A stretch of 64,000 nucleotides of DNA. Origin: Candidatus Saccharimonadota bacterium (GTDB taxonomy: Bacteria; Patescibacteriota; Saccharimonadia; Saccharimonadales; UBA10212). Below, piece by piece: positions 1 to 9,940 of this stretch. Positions within the stretch are counted from its first letter, which is position 1; each line of letters opens with the position of its first letter. The DNA is taken from contig JACDFN010000001.1 of the NCBI GenBank assembly GCA_013815775.1, forward strand, positions 109,883 through 173,882, read 5' to 3'. The notes under the pieces were generated by a model, which made no database searches, was not told the DNA's origin, and worked only from the letters and a program-made list of their open reading frames with translations. Position numbers and translations under genes: made by a program.

Positions 1-693
1 AGGTTGAACGAGCGGCTTGCCCAAGGCCGGCCGGATTTGTTCCGCAGGGACTTTCTAACAGTACTCCGGGTTATGATATGGATTATTCTGCCTCTGGCCG
101 TGATTACTTTCTTCGCCAGAGCATATTTGGCTCGATTAATCTTTAAGAACATAGCCCCTGACATTGCCTTAATCTTAGGTTTTTTTGTGGGTGCCATTAT
201 ATTTCGTACGATTTATGCCATAATCTCTCGCTACTTCTATGCATATAAGGACACCAGGACCCCGCTATTCGTTTCTTTATTCGCTATAGCTCTAAACATT
301 TACCTAGCGTTTACCCTGTCCAGGCCAAGCTCATACGGCTTAACAGGCCTAGCAATGGCGCAGTCAATAGTCGCCGCCTTTGAAGTGGTAGTATTGGTAC
401 TGCTAATTTACATTAGGGATAGGCAAATGTTTTCGGCGGACTTCTGGAGCGGAGTAATAAGAACAATATCTGTTACCGGGTTTACGGTTCTAACTACTTA
501 CATCATGGTATCGATGGTTCCTCTCCTGGCTACCGACAAGGGTTTCGTCACCCTAGGCGCTAAGCTACTGGCTATAGTTGTTCCAACCCTAGCGGTTCAT
601 TTTGCCGTGTCGTCTCTTTTTGGCCTCGAGGAAGTCCGACCTGTTACAAGGAAGATTAAGCAAATTATCCTTAAGCCCGTCCGCATCCAGTGA
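1..693 (+). CDS. murJ: Lipid II flippase MurJ/MviN family, C-terminal portion (5' end outside window)
   Basis: Frame open from base 1 to TGA 691-693; polytopic hydrophobic profile; MurJ-like block RYFYAYKDTRTP. Confidence 0.6.
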   Translation, partial: RLNERLAQGRPDLFRRDFLTVLRVMIWIILPLAVITFFARAYLARLIFKNIAPDIALILGFFVGAIIFRTIYAIISRYFYAYKDTRTPLFVSLFAIALNIYLAFTLSRPSSYGLTGLAMAQSIVAAFEVVVLVLLIYIRDRQMFSADFWSGVIRTISVTGFTVLTTYIMVSMVPLLATDKGFVTLGAKLLAIVVPTLAVHFAVSSLFGLEEVRPVTRKIKQIILKPVRIQ

Positions 694-820
694 GAACTTC
701 GCACCGCACCAGCCACTCGACCGGCACAGTCGGCTGCTCTGCTAGTGCTTCTGGCGCATCTCTGTGTCGAAAACTCCGGTGCTCACTCACCGTATATTAA
801 ATACTAAAAATAACCTCTGT

Positions 821-836
821 TATAATCTGTTAGATG
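821..836 (+). promoter_or_regulatory. -10 box TATAAT (821-826) 7 nt upstream of lepA ATG; candidate leaderless promoter
   Basis: TATAAT-ctgttag-ATG; no Shine-Dalgarno in the gap. Confidence 0.45.
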
Positions 837-2615
837 ACTCAGGAGCAAATTCGCAATTTTTGCATAATTGCCCATATTGACCACGGTAAGTCGACGCTTG
901 CTGACAGATTGCTTGAATTGACGGGCACGGTTGAAAAACGACAAATGAAAGCCCAAATATTAGACCGGATGGACTTGGAGCAAGAGAGAGGCATCACTAT
1001 CAAACTTGCGCCAGTTAGGATGGCTTACAAAGGCTACGAACTGAACCTGATTGATACACCCGGGCACGTAGACTTTAGCTATGAGGTAAGTCGATCACTA
1101 GAAGCTGTAGAGGGCGCAATACTTGTAGTTGATGCCACCCAGGGTGTACAGGCACAGACGCTGGCTAACGTTTACTTGGCACTTGCAGCGAACCTGAAAA
1201 TCATCCCTGTGCTTAATAAGATTGATCTGCCAGCAGCCGATGTTGAACGAGTAGGTAAAGAAGTAACTAGCTTGTTGGGCGGTAAGCCGGAAGATATTTT
1301 ACACGTTAGTGCAAAAACTGGAGCGGGCGTGGAGGAGATACTTAAATCTATGATCGAAGATGTACCTCCGCCGGAAGGCAGCGCAATGGCTGCCAGTCGG
1401 GCACTGATCTTCGACAGTTACTACGATGACTACAGGGGAGTAATTCTATATGTTCGAGTGGTTGACGGGGGTATTTCGAATGGTAACTCCATAAAGATGC
1501 TAGCCACTAATGCCACCGGTGTGGCGCTTGAAGTAGGTGCTCTTCGACCTGATATGACACCTTTGCACAAGCTGGATGCGGGTGAAATTGGCTATATAGT
1601 CACTAACTTAAAGAGCACGAGGGAAGCCAAAGTTGGTGACACAGTTACCTTGAGCGATAACCCGGCAATTCAGCAATTACCTGGCTACAAAGACGTTAGA
1701 CCATTTGTATACGCTGGTTTTTTTCCCGATAGTAACGAAAACTACCAGACTCTAAAAGACGCTATCGAAAAACTAGCTCTAAGTGATTCTGCTTTGCAAT
1801 ATGTTCCAGAAAATTCAATGGTACTAGGTTTTGGGTTAAGGCTCGGGTTTCTAGGTCTGCTTCATATGGATATAGTTCGCGAGAGACTAGAGCGGGAGTA
1901 TGGTTTAGAGCTAATTATTACTAACCCTTCCACCGATTACCTAGTTACTCTGACGTCTGGCCAAGAAATTTCTATTCGCTCAGCAGCGGAGCTCCCAGAC
2001 GCTGGCCAAGTGGCTCAAATTAAGGAGCCGTGGATTAAGGGCGAGATAGTTTGCCCCATTTTATATGTAGGCTCAGTTTTAAACTTAATCGTAAGTTCAC
2101 GAGGCCTCCAGAAACATATCAGCTACGTTGATGCACAATTGGCAGTTATAGATTTCGAAGCACCTCTTGCCAATCTTTTAACCGACTTTTATGATCAACT
2201 TAAAAGCGCCACAAGTGGCTACGGCTCTTTCAATTATGAACTGCAAGATTACCGCGCCGAAGATTTAGTGCGACTTGACTTCTACATAGCCACAGACAAA
2301 GTCGATGCTCTATCAGTAATGGTGCATAGAATCGAATCCGAAAAAGTAGCCAGAAGCACTGTCAAAAAACTTAAAGACGTTATCCCTAGGCAGCAGTTCA
2401 AGGTTAGCTTACAGGCAGCTATAGGTGGAAAATTTATTTCTCGCGAAGACATTAGTGCGTTTCGTAAAGATGTTACAACCGAGCTTTACGGCGGAGACGT
2501 GTCACGAAAGAAAAAGGTCTTAGCTAAACAAAAAAAAGGCAAGGAGCGAATGAAACGCTTTGGAAAAGTAGATATCCCAGCGGAGGCTTTCGCTGTCATG
2601 TTGCGTAGGGACTAA
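834..2615 (+). CDS. lepA: Translation elongation factor 4 (LepA)
   Basis: 593 aa; GTPase motifs AHIDHGKST, DTPGH, NKID; full-length LepA-type C-terminal region. Confidence 0.95.
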   Translation: MTQEQIRNFCIIAHIDHGKSTLADRLLELTGTVEKRQMKAQILDRMDLEQERGITIKLAPVRMAYKGYELNLIDTPGHVDFSYEVSRSLEAVEGAILVVDATQGVQAQTLANVYLALAANLKIIPVLNKIDLPAADVERVGKEVTSLLGGKPEDILHVSAKTGAGVEEILKSMIEDVPPPEGSAMAASRALIFDSYYDDYRGVILYVRVVDGGISNGNSIKMLATNATGVALEVGALRPDMTPLHKLDAGEIGYIVTNLKSTREAKVGDTVTLSDNPAIQQLPGYKDVRPFVYAGFFPDSNENYQTLKDAIEKLALSDSALQYVPENSMVLGFGLRLGFLGLLHMDIVRERLEREYGLELIITNPSTDYLVTLTSGQEISIRSAAELPDAGQVAQIKEPWIKGEIVCPILYVGSVLNLIVSSRGLQKHISYVDAQLAVIDFEAPLANLLTDFYDQLKSATSGYGSFNYELQDYRAEDLVRLDFYIATDKVDALSVMVHRIESEKVARSTVKKLKDVIPRQQFKVSLQAAIGGKFISREDISAFRKDVTTELYGGDVSRKKKVLAKQKKGKERMKRFGKVDIPAEAFAVMLRRD

Positions 2616-2645
2616 AAAATCTCAGCAGACTGCTAAACTATTAGC

Positions 2646-3359
2646 ATGGGAAAATTGGGTCAACAGGAGGACTTAGTATTATACGAGCCACCCCAAAGCA
2701 TCTTGGAGGCGCTTCCCAAGGTCCGGTTACGTGCCCTTGTCGGCCCGAGCGGAAGCGGCAAGAGTACCATAATAGATATTTTGCAAAAAAAGTGGCCCAC
2801 TAAGTATGCACAGGTAGTGGGTGATACTACCCGTCGCCCACGTAAGGGGGAAGTAGATGGTGCTACTTACAACTTCCGGGCTGAGGAAGAGATGATACAT
2901 GACTTACATGCCAGACGGTTCCTACAGGTCGTGCCAGGTTCGATGGGTAATTTCTACGCTACTCGCCCAGAGCAGTATCCTGCTAACAAGTTTGCGATTA
3001 TGGCTATACAGGCACGAGTAATGGAAAAATTCCAGAAGCTGAGATTTAAAGATATCAAATGGTTGCTGATAGTACCCTGTAGCGATAAAGACTGGCTGCG
3101 TTGGCAAGAATCCAATGCTCAAAGTGTGCAAGACAGAAAAGAGCGTGAAGCAGAAGCTATAGACTCTTATGCTCGTTCTCTTAGTAACCCTAATACTTAC
3201 TACATTCTCAACGATACGCCCGAAAACGCGGCCAGAAGAATAGTACAGGTTGATAGTAACCGTAGGCCCGACAATGAAATTTTGGCAAAACAAACGGCCA
3301 TCTGTAATCTAGAAGCGCTTAAGGCTCGGCTTGCACTAACGCATCGGGATAATGAATAA
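2646..3359 (+). CDS. Guanylate kinase-like P-loop kinase
   Basis: Walker A GPSGSGKST and GMP-binding block TTRRPRKGEVDGATYNF; N- and C-terminal extensions relative to a typical ~200-aa Gmk. Confidence 0.6.
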   Translation: MGKLGQQEDLVLYEPPQSILEALPKVRLRALVGPSGSGKSTIIDILQKKWPTKYAQVVGDTTRRPRKGEVDGATYNFRAEEEMIHDLHARRFLQVVPGSMGNFYATRPEQYPANKFAIMAIQARVMEKFQKLRFKDIKWLLIVPCSDKDWLRWQESNAQSVQDRKEREAEAIDSYARSLSNPNTYYILNDTPENAARRIVQVDSNRRPDNEILAKQTAICNLEALKARLALTHRDNE

Positions 3360-4107
3360 TAGGTCAATGCAAACAAACGGGCTTCAACGCTATAAGGAAT
3401 TTAAATTTGCGTTAGCAAGCTACAGGATATCCGAACGTGCTAAAAGTGAAATTACTGACTTACGGTTAGTACTATTAATTGCTCCAACATCGGGGGGTCG
3501 CAATACCATAATCCGTCGTTTACTTACCGATGGCGGATATCACTACATTGTCTCTGACACTACCCGCAAACCGCGAATTAACGATGGAATTCTTGAACAA
3601 AATGGCAGAGAGTATTGGTTTAGGACAGAGGAAGAAATGCTAGCAGATCTTCAAACCGGTGAATATCTGGAGGCTGAGCTTATACACGGCCAGCAAGTGT
3701 CAGGCATCAGTATTCGTGAGTTAAAAAAAGCAAAGAAGCAAAACAAAATTGGAATTACCGATATTGACCTTGACGGTGTCCATAACGTTATAAAAGTTAA
3801 ACCCGATACTATTATAATCATGATTTTGCCGCCAAGTTTTGATGAATGGCAGAGAAGGATAGCTCGAAGGGGGCATATGAGCGGGCAGGAGTATATAAGA
3901 AGACTTCAAACAGCCGACAAGATATTCTCTGACGGCATTAAGAACAACTTTTACCACTTCCTTATATCGGAAAATGTAGAACAATCAGCTTCAATTATCA
4001 ATTCAATAGTCGAGGGTGGGCGTAATCCCCACCAAGATCGAGGCCGCTCTTTACTGAGCCAACTTCAAAGTCATTTACAAGAAAAACTCCTTGAACCCAG
4101 TAAATAA
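3352..4107 (+). CDS. Guanylate kinase-like paralog with degenerate Walker A
   Basis: SDTTRKPRINDG..GREYWF and ITDIDLDG blocks of the Gmk fold; P-loop reads APTSGGRNT (no Lys); ATG 3352 overlaps upstream stop (ATGAATAA). Confidence 0.5.
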   Translation: MNNRSMQTNGLQRYKEFKFALASYRISERAKSEITDLRLVLLIAPTSGGRNTIIRRLLTDGGYHYIVSDTTRKPRINDGILEQNGREYWFRTEEEMLADLQTGEYLEAELIHGQQVSGISIRELKKAKKQNKIGITDIDLDGVHNVIKVKPDTIIIMILPPSFDEWQRRIARRGHMSGQEYIRRLQTADKIFSDGIKNNFYHFLISENVEQSASIINSIVEGGRNPHQDRGRSLLSQLQSHLQEKLLEPSK

Positions 4108-4108
4108 T

Positions 4109-4135
4109 TTGGCACTCTTGACACAGGAGTGCTAA
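4109..4135. promoter_or_regulatory. CIRCE operator (HrcA binding site)
   Basis: TTGGCACTC-N9-GAGTGCTAA versus consensus TTAGCACTC-N9-GAGTGCTAA (one mismatch), directly upstream of hrcA. Confidence 0.85.
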
Positions 4136-4147
4136 AAACTCTAAAAT
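4118..4147 (+). promoter_or_regulatory. hrcA operon promoter embedded in CIRCE
   Basis: -35 TTGACA 4118-4123 lies in the CIRCE spacer; -10 TAAAAT 4142-4147 (18-nt spacer). Confidence 0.55.
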
Positions 4148-4155
4148 AGTAGCAA

Positions 4156-4182
4156 CTAGCAGTAAGCTAGAGCGAGTGCTAA
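4156..4182. promoter_or_regulatory. Second, degenerate CIRCE-like inverted repeat abutting the hrcA ATG
   Basis: CTAGCAGTA-N9-GAGTGCTAA; right arm perfect, left arm 6/9; ends 1 nt before ATG 4183. Confidence 0.45.
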
Positions 4183-4893
4183 ATGACCGATAGACAATCT
4201 AAAATTCTTCAAGCTATCGTAGAGCAATATGCAGAGGTAGCAAGTCCAGTTGGCAGTAGTTTACTAGCCAAGGTTTTTGATGTTTCAAGTGCAACCGTAA
4301 GGGCGGACATGGCAGAATTGGAGAAACTGGGTTTTATAACTCAACCACATACAAGTGCTGGCCGAATACCAACCGATGCAGGTTATCGACACTATGTTAA
4401 CCAATTGGCGGGAGCTAGTTTAATAGAACCCTTAAACGAGCGTCGGGCACAACGAGCGCTTTCGGCTCGCGTGAGCGGTGGCGGACTTCCCGAAAATACC
4501 ATTCGTAACACTGTCGATACTCTAGTCGAACTAACCCACAATTTAGGTATGGCAACCATAGGCGATCAGCTTTATATGAGCGGGTTGTCCAACCTTTTTG
4601 GGCAGCCAGACTTTATGAGAGCCAATCAGGTTCGTGAAGTAGCCAGGCTTTTAGATAACTTACAACCTTGGTTGCATGAAACTGCACCTAATGAACCACT
4701 CAGCGTTTATATCGGCCGGGAAAATCCCATAGGCCGAGGAGCAGGTTGCAGTCTTATTATCAGCCGTTTTCGTAGTCCCTTTTCCGATAGAAGCTACATA
4801 GGAGTGCTTGGCCCAACTAGGCAGAGCTACAGGAGCGTGATGGATTTAGTAGAACGTGCAGGGCGAACCTTGGAGGAGGCACTTTATGTCTAA
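4183..4893 (+). CDS. hrcA: Heat-inducible transcription repressor HrcA (short, 236 aa)
   Basis: N-terminal wHTH typical of HrcA (GSSLLAK..VSSATVRADMAELEKLGFI..PHTSAGRIPT); CIRCE upstream; hrcA-grpE-dnaK-dnaJ order. Confidence 0.85.
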   Translation: MTDRQSKILQAIVEQYAEVASPVGSSLLAKVFDVSSATVRADMAELEKLGFITQPHTSAGRIPTDAGYRHYVNQLAGASLIEPLNERRAQRALSARVSGGGLPENTIRNTVDTLVELTHNLGMATIGDQLYMSGLSNLFGQPDFMRANQVREVARLLDNLQPWLHETAPNEPLSVYIGRENPIGRGAGCSLIISRFRSPFSDRSYIGVLGPTRQSYRSVMDLVERAGRTLEEALYV

Positions 4894-5359
4894 AAGCCCT
4901 AAAAAACTATCTGTCGCCCAACTCGAGAAGCAGGTTTCAGAGCTTACCGATGCCCTACAACGCGAACGTGCTGATGCCATTAATGTTAGACGTCGCGCCG
5001 AGCAGGAACGCGAAAAGCTAGCTGATTTTTATAAAGCAATGATAGTTCAGAAACTACTTCCGGCGATTGATAATCTCGAGCGGGCACTAAAACACGCTCC
5101 TAAGGATCTAGCAAAACATGAATACGTTAAGGGTGTTCAAAGCGTGGCCGAGCAATTTGAAAAAGTATTCGCCGATATTGGAGTTAAAAGGGTCAAGTCA
5201 GTAGGTGAGGAGTTTGATCCGCGTTATCATGAAGCAATAAGCATAGAAGACGATGGTGGCGAGCTCGAACTCGTTTCCGAAGAACTCGCACCCGGCTATA
5301 GAATTGAGGATGAAGTAATCCGTCACGCTATGGTTAGAGTAAAAAAGGACAAAAAATGA
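4886..5359 (+). CDS. grpE: Nucleotide exchange factor GrpE
   Basis: GrpE coiled-coil plus C-terminal block (FDPRYHEAIS..GYRIEDEVIRHAMV); ATG 4886 preceded by GGAGGAGG and overlapping hrcA stop (ATGTCTAA). Tracked start 4856 is less likely. Confidence 0.9.
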   Translation: MSKSPKKLSVAQLEKQVSELTDALQRERADAINVRRRAEQEREKLADFYKAMIVQKLLPAIDNLERALKHAPKDLAKHEYVKGVQSVAEQFEKVFADIGVKRVKSVGEEFDPRYHEAISIEDDGGELELVSEELAPGYRIEDEVIRHAMVRVKKDKK

Positions 5360-5429
5360 TGAAGGTGAAATTATTAACCCAGACCGGGATCACGACACTA
5401 GAATTAACTGAAAGCAAGGAGGAATAATT

Positions 5430-7373
5430 ATGGGAAGAATAATAGGTATTGATTTAGGAACAACCAACTCAGCTATGGCTGTTATGCAGTCGGGTAAGCC
5501 GGAGATAATTAGTAGCAGCGAAGGAAACCGAACTACTCCCAGCGTTGTCGCCATTAATAAAAATGGTGAACGCCTTGTGGGGCAAGTAGCAAATCGCCAG
5601 AGAGTAACCAACCCTACTAACACGATTTTTGGCGTAAAGCGGCTTGTTGGTCGCAAATTTGATGATAAGGAAGTCCAAAAAGATATTGAGCTGATGCCAT
5701 ACAAAATGGTTAAAGCAGGCACCGGCGTAAAAGTTGAAATGGCCGGAAAAGAGTACAGCCCTGAAGAGGTTAGCGGCATGATTTTATCGAAACTCAAAGC
5801 CGATGCTGAAGCTTTCCTGGGTGAGCCTGTTACGGAAGCAGTAATAACTGTACCTGCATACTTTAACGACTCTCAACGTCAAGCCACCAAAGACGCTGGT
5901 AAGATTGCCGGACTTGAGGTAAAGCGAATTATTAACGAACCTACTGCCGCTGCTCTTTCGTATGGGCTAGAGAAGTCAAAAGAGGAAAAAATTGCCGTTT
6001 ACGACCTTGGTGGAGGTACTTTTGATATCTCAATCTTGCAGCTTGGGGACGGTGTATTTGAAGTACTATCTACCAATGGAGACACTCATCTTGGTGGTGA
6101 AGATTTTGATATGCGCATAGTCAATCATTTCGTTGATGAGTTTAAGAAAGTTTCTGGCATTGATGTTAAGGGCGATAAGGCTGCGATGCAACGCCTAAAA
6201 GAGGAAGCCGAGAAGGCCAAAAAAGAGCTATCAACAACTGAAGTTGCCGACGTTAATTTGCCATTTCTAACAGCGGATGCTGATGGGCCCAAACACTTCG
6301 AGCACAAATTAACAAGGTCGAAGTTGGTGGAGCTAGTCCAGGACTTGATTGATAAAACGGAAGAACCGGTGAAGAAGGCTCTAAAAGATGCCAGCTTGGC
6401 ACCCTCCGACATTAATGAAATTGTCCTGGTAGGGGGGATGACCCGTATGCCGGCGGTTGTGGATAAAGTAAAAAAGGTGTTTGGCAAGGACCCTATGCAA
6501 GGTGTAAATCCAGACGAAGTTGTGGCCGTCGGAGCCGCCATCCAAGCCGGGGTGCTGCAAGGCGATGTTAAGGACGTGTTGCTCCTTGATGTTACGCCGC
6601 TTTCCTTAGGAATTGAAACTCTAGGCAGCGTTACGACTAAGTTAATAGAGCGCAATACCACAGTACCTACTAGCAAAAGCGAAACATTCTCTACAGCAGC
6701 CGATAACCAAAATAGCGTGGAGATTCATGTGCTGCAAGGCGAACGCGAGATGGCTTCTGATAATAAGAGTCTGGGACGGTTCATTCTTGACGGAATTCCA
6801 CCGGCCCCTCGCGGAGTACCTCAGGTTGAGGTTAGCTTCAATATTGACGCCAACGGTATCCTGAGCGTTTCAGCAAAAGATAAAGGAACCGGCAAAGAGC
6901 AAAGCATTACCATCAGCGGTAGCGGTAACTTGAGCAAAGAGGACGTAGAAAAAGCCGCCAAAGAAGCCGAAACGCACGCCGAAGAAGATAAAAAGAAACG
7001 CGGTGCCGCGGAAACTAAAAACCAGCTAGAGAATGCTATTTACCAAGCAGAAAAAATGAAAGCCGACTATGCAGACAAGTTATCTGATGAAGATTCGAAA
7101 TCCTTAGACGGTGCAATTGCCGAGGCTAAGAAATTTATAGAATCAACAGATAAGGACGAACTGGAAAAGGCTGTTAAAGACCTCAATGACCGCATAATGC
7201 CAATCGGCGCCAAGATGTATGAACATACTCAAAAAGAAGATAAGTCTGGCGCTGATGAGGCAAAGCCCGACGACCCAAAAACAGAAGCCGGTAAGGACGG
7301 CCCGATTGAAGGCGAAGTGGTAGATTCTCCAGTCGATGAAGGTCAAGAAAACAAAGACAAGCAAGAAGGCTAA
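5430..7373 (+). CDS. dnaK: Chaperone DnaK (Hsp70)
   Basis: 647 aa; signatures [28 protein letters not shown]; RBS AAGGAGG upstream. Confidence 0.97.
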   Translation: MGRIIGIDLGTTNSAMAVMQSGKPEIISSSEGNRTTPSVVAINKNGERLVGQVANRQRVTNPTNTIFGVKRLVGRKFDDKEVQKDIELMPYKMVKAGTGVKVEMAGKEYSPEEVSGMILSKLKADAEAFLGEPVTEAVITVPAYFNDSQRQATKDAGKIAGLEVKRIINEPTAAALSYGLEKSKEEKIAVYDLGGGTFDISILQLGDGVFEVLSTNGDTHLGGEDFDMRIVNHFVDEFKKVSGIDVKGDKAAMQRLKEEAEKAKKELSTTEVADVNLPFLTADADGPKHFEHKLTRSKLVELVQDLIDKTEEPVKKALKDASLAPSDINEIVLVGGMTRMPAVVDKVKKVFGKDPMQGVNPDEVVAVGAAIQAGVLQGDVKDVLLLDVTPLSLGIETLGSVTTKLIERNTTVPTSKSETFSTAADNQNSVEIHVLQGEREMASDNKSLGRFILDGIPPAPRGVPQVEVSFNIDANGILSVSAKDKGTGKEQSITISGSGNLSKEDVEKAAKEAETHAEEDKKKRGAAETKNQLENAIYQAEKMKADYADKLSDEDSKSLDGAIAEAKKFIESTDKDELEKAVKDLNDRIMPIGAKMYEHTQKEDKSGADEAKPDDPKTEAGKDGPIEGEVVDSPVDEGQENKDKQEG

Positions 7374-7523
7374 ATGAAGCCTGCAACCATATTGCGCTAT
7401 ATTTTATTACCGGTAGTAGTTTTTACTGTCGGTGCTAAGGCTGGAGTTGAATATGCTAAGCATATATATGTGAGTCGAGATCGTGAGTTCATAGAAGGTA
7501 AAGTAATTACAAAAAATGGCTAA
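7374..7523 (+). CDS. Small ORF (49 aa) with one hydrophobic segment between dnaK and dnaJ
   Basis: Hand-translated [49 protein letters not shown]; ATG 1 nt after dnaK stop; its stop overlaps the dnaJ start. Below the ORF-track cutoff. Confidence 0.3.
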   Translation: MKPATILRYILLPVVVFTVGAKAGVEYAKHIYVSRDREFIEGKVITKNG

Positions 7524-8616
7524 GGGTGATTACTATGAAATATTAGGGGTTGCTAAGTCCGCATCAGCGGATGAAATTAAAAAAGCTTTCCGCCGGTTGG
7601 CAGTTAAACACCACCCCGACCGTGGTGGTGATGAACTAAAGTTTAAGGAAGTAACTGAAGCCTACGAGGTTTTAAAGGATGTTGAAAAACGTAAGCGCTA
7701 TGACCAATTCGGTCATGCCGGAGTTGGTTCGGGGGCTTCAGGCGGCAACCCGTTCGGCGGATTTGGTCAGGGAGAAGAAATACATTTTGACTTCGGTGAC
7801 CTAGGGCTTGGTGACATTTTTGGTAGTTTTTTTGGCGGTGGAGCCAGTGGCCAACGAGGGCGCCGGCAGAATCGCGGTCGCGATGTAGAGACCGATATTG
7901 AGATTAACTTTGAGCAGGCGGTCTTTGGAACAGAAGAGAATTTACGCTTAAATTTAAGCGACACATGCGAACACTGCAAAGGAACCACTGTTGAACCCGG
8001 ACACGAACTCAAGAATTGCGAGGAGTGTAAAGGCTCGGGGCAAGTCAGCCGAGTAACACGAACTATATTCGGTAATATACAGCAAGCCACTACTTGTCCC
8101 AAGTGTGCAGGGCGCGGCAAAATTCCCGAAAAAATATGCAGTGTATGTCACGGTATGGGCACACGGCAAGCTCAGCAAACGGTTAAATTAAAAATACCGG
8201 CCGGGATTGATGACGGGGCTACCATTCGCCTTCGTGAACACGGAGAAGCCATTGCTCATGGCGCTAAAGGAGACCTCTACGTTAACATTCGTGTAAAGCC
8301 CCACAAGAAATTTACTCGTGAAGGTGAGCTAATTCTTTCTAGTGAGCATGTCAATATGGTTGATGCTGCATTGGGTACCGAAATAGAAGTGGATACCGTA
8401 GATGGTCCGGTGGGCATGAAGGTACCTATTGGCACACAGAGCGGGACGGACTTTAAATTATCAGGCCACGGCGTCCCACGTCTGCGAGGTGGTGCCAGGG
8501 GCTCTCATATTGTGACCATAGTCGTGGATACCCCCGCCAAACTTACAGCTAAGCAAAAAGAATTGCTTCAGCAGTTCAATAAAGACAGAGGTGGCAAGAG
8601 GAGTATTTTTCGTTAG
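7516..8616 (+). CDS. dnaJ: Co-chaperone DnaJ
   Basis: J domain with HPD, G/F-rich linker, four CxxCxGxG zinc-finger repeats. Confidence 0.95.
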   Translation: MAKGDYYEILGVAKSASADEIKKAFRRLAVKHHPDRGGDELKFKEVTEAYEVLKDVEKRKRYDQFGHAGVGSGASGGNPFGGFGQGEEIHFDFGDLGLGDIFGSFFGGGASGQRGRRQNRGRDVETDIEINFEQAVFGTEENLRLNLSDTCEHCKGTTVEPGHELKNCEECKGSGQVSRVTRTIFGNIQQATTCPKCAGRGKIPEKICSVCHGMGTRQAQQTVKLKIPAGIDDGATIRLREHGEAIAHGAKGDLYVNIRVKPHKKFTREGELILSSEHVNMVDAALGTEIEVDTVDGPVGMKVPIGTQSGTDFKLSGHGVPRLRGGARGSHIVTIVVDTPAKLTAKQKELLQQFNKDRGGKRSIFR

Positions 8617-8655
8617 GGTCTTTACAAAAAAATAAAAGCAGTAGCATAATAATCA

Positions 8656-8778
8656 ATGATGCAATCGCAAAATAAAAAAATTGCCGAACAAGGATTCATC
8701 CCTATGATGATTTTACTCATGGCTATACTCGTGGGTATCGTAGTCTTTGTTTATATGAGGGTAGAACGCGTGGGCTAA
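8656..8778 (+). CDS. Small ORF (40 aa), single predicted TM helix
   Basis: Hand-translated MMQSQNKKIAEQGFIPMMILLMAILVGIVVFVYMRVERVG; below the ORF-track cutoff; no clear RBS. Confidence 0.25.
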   Translation: MMQSQNKKIAEQGFIPMMILLMAILVGIVVFVYMRVERVG

Positions 8779-8802
8779 TATTTCTTTAGAAAAAAAACAA
8801 AA

Positions 8803-9369
8803 ATGAAAATACTTTTGGTAAACAACCACACACAGCATATGAATAGCCTAAAAACGGCTCTAAGGGGGCATGAAGTGGATGTTCAGTTATATGAGCCGGG
8901 AATAGAGTTCCGCCATCAAGGAAAAGACTTGATTATTTTATCAGGCGGCGGCGGCGAAGGGTTGGAGATCGATGACAAGTATAAGAAAGGAAAACTTTGG
9001 TACGAAGACCAGATGGATTTTGTCCTTAAGGCCAACAAACCTCTCTTGGGAATTTGTATGGGATTTGAAGTTATTTGCCGCGCCCATGGCTCAGATGTGC
9101 CTAAGATGCCTAAACTTCTGCTTGAACAGGTTACCTTCAACACTACCGCAAAAGGCCAGTCGTTGCTAGATGAAAAGCATCTTTCCCAGTTTGAGGCTCA
9201 TCAATGGCGCGTCGTTAAAAATCCTAAAGACTTTGATGTACTGGCATATTCTCAGCACGGAATTGAGGTAATCAAACACCGGAAAAAACCGATTTTAGCT
9301 ACTCAGTTTCATCCGGAAAAAACCGGGGGCACCCTAACTATAAAGTCCTTAATGGCTAAGCTAGTATAG
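8803..9369 (+). CDS. Stand-alone class I glutamine amidotransferase-like protein
   Basis: Nucleophile elbow LGICMGFE and QFHPE block typical of GATase1/peptidase C26 fold; no fused synthase domain. Confidence 0.7.
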   Translation: MKILLVNNHTQHMNSLKTALRGHEVDVQLYEPGIEFRHQGKDLIILSGGGGEGLEIDDKYKKGKLWYEDQMDFVLKANKPLLGICMGFEVICRAHGSDVPKMPKLLLEQVTFNTTAKGQSLLDEKHLSQFEAHQWRVVKNPKDFDVLAYSQHGIEVIKHRKKPILATQFHPEKTGGTLTIKSLMAKLV

Positions 9370-9448
9370 GATTAACTATACTTGCTTTATTGATATAATA
9401 ATGGTATAGTTATCTACAATTATTGTAAATTAACCAAGGACTGCAACT

Positions 9449-9940
9449 ATGGCTAGCCCTAAAACACTTATCGGACGTGTCGAGAAGATTCATCTTCCGG
9501 TACTTGGCGTTAAATATGTACCAGCAAAGATTGATACTGGCGCAGATTTTAGCGCAATTTGGGCTTCCCGCCTAGTTGAGAAAGCTGACGGTCTTCATGT
9601 AGTTTTTTTTGGCAAAAGCTCTAGTTTTTATAGTGGAGAAGCAGTAGTTTTTGCAAAAAATGAATATGAACAGACTATCATCAGCAATTCATTTGGACAC
9701 CGACAGAAAAGGTATAAAATTAAGCTCAAGGTTAAAGTTAAAGGACGGCAAATTATCTCTGGCTTTACTCTTGCCGATCGTTCTCAAAAACTTTATCCAA
9801 TCTTGTTGGGGCGTTCAATACTAAGAGGAAAATTTTTAGTCGACGTCGCCAAGGGCAGCCCCATGCACCTGGAAGAGAAAGACCGTAAACTTGAAATGAT
9901 CGAAGAACTGACATTGATTGGAAAGGCAGTTAAAAAATGA
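9449..9940 (+). CDS. Retropepsin-like protease of the RimK-associated family (DUF785, RimB-like)
   Basis: Aspartyl-protease motif KIDTGADFS; 4-nt overlap with downstream rimK. Confidence 0.65.
   Translation: MASPKTLIGRVEKIHLPVLGVKYVPAKIDTGADFSAIWASRLVEKADGLHVVFFGKSSSFYSGEAVVFAKNEYEQTIISNSFGHRQKRYKIKLKVKVKGRQIISGFTLADRSQKLYPILLGRSILRGKFLVDVAKGSPMHLEEKDRKLEMIEELTLIGKAVKK

Noticed and set aside
694-708. 15-mer AGAACTT[CT]GCACCGC immediately after the stop codons of murJ (694) and rny (51961), seen as a possible repeat family or terminator motif.
   Set aside because: Similarity stops after 15 nt, and a 14-15-nt match is about what chance predicts for all pairs of positions in 64 kb. No shared secondary structure was found. 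The identical position after a stop codon is curious but insufficient.
5390-7386. Antisense ORFs inside dnaK (5390-5797, 5469-5678, 6125-6676, 7143-7364, 7183-7386).
   Set aside because: They lie entirely opposite an unambiguous, full-length dnaK, with low-complexity Ser/Thr/Leu-rich translations and no RBS. The same reasoning applies to antisense ORFs within lepA-adjacent genes, dnaJ, rimK, ftsH (31744-32295), pilB, rny (50510-51094) and the large secreted proteins.
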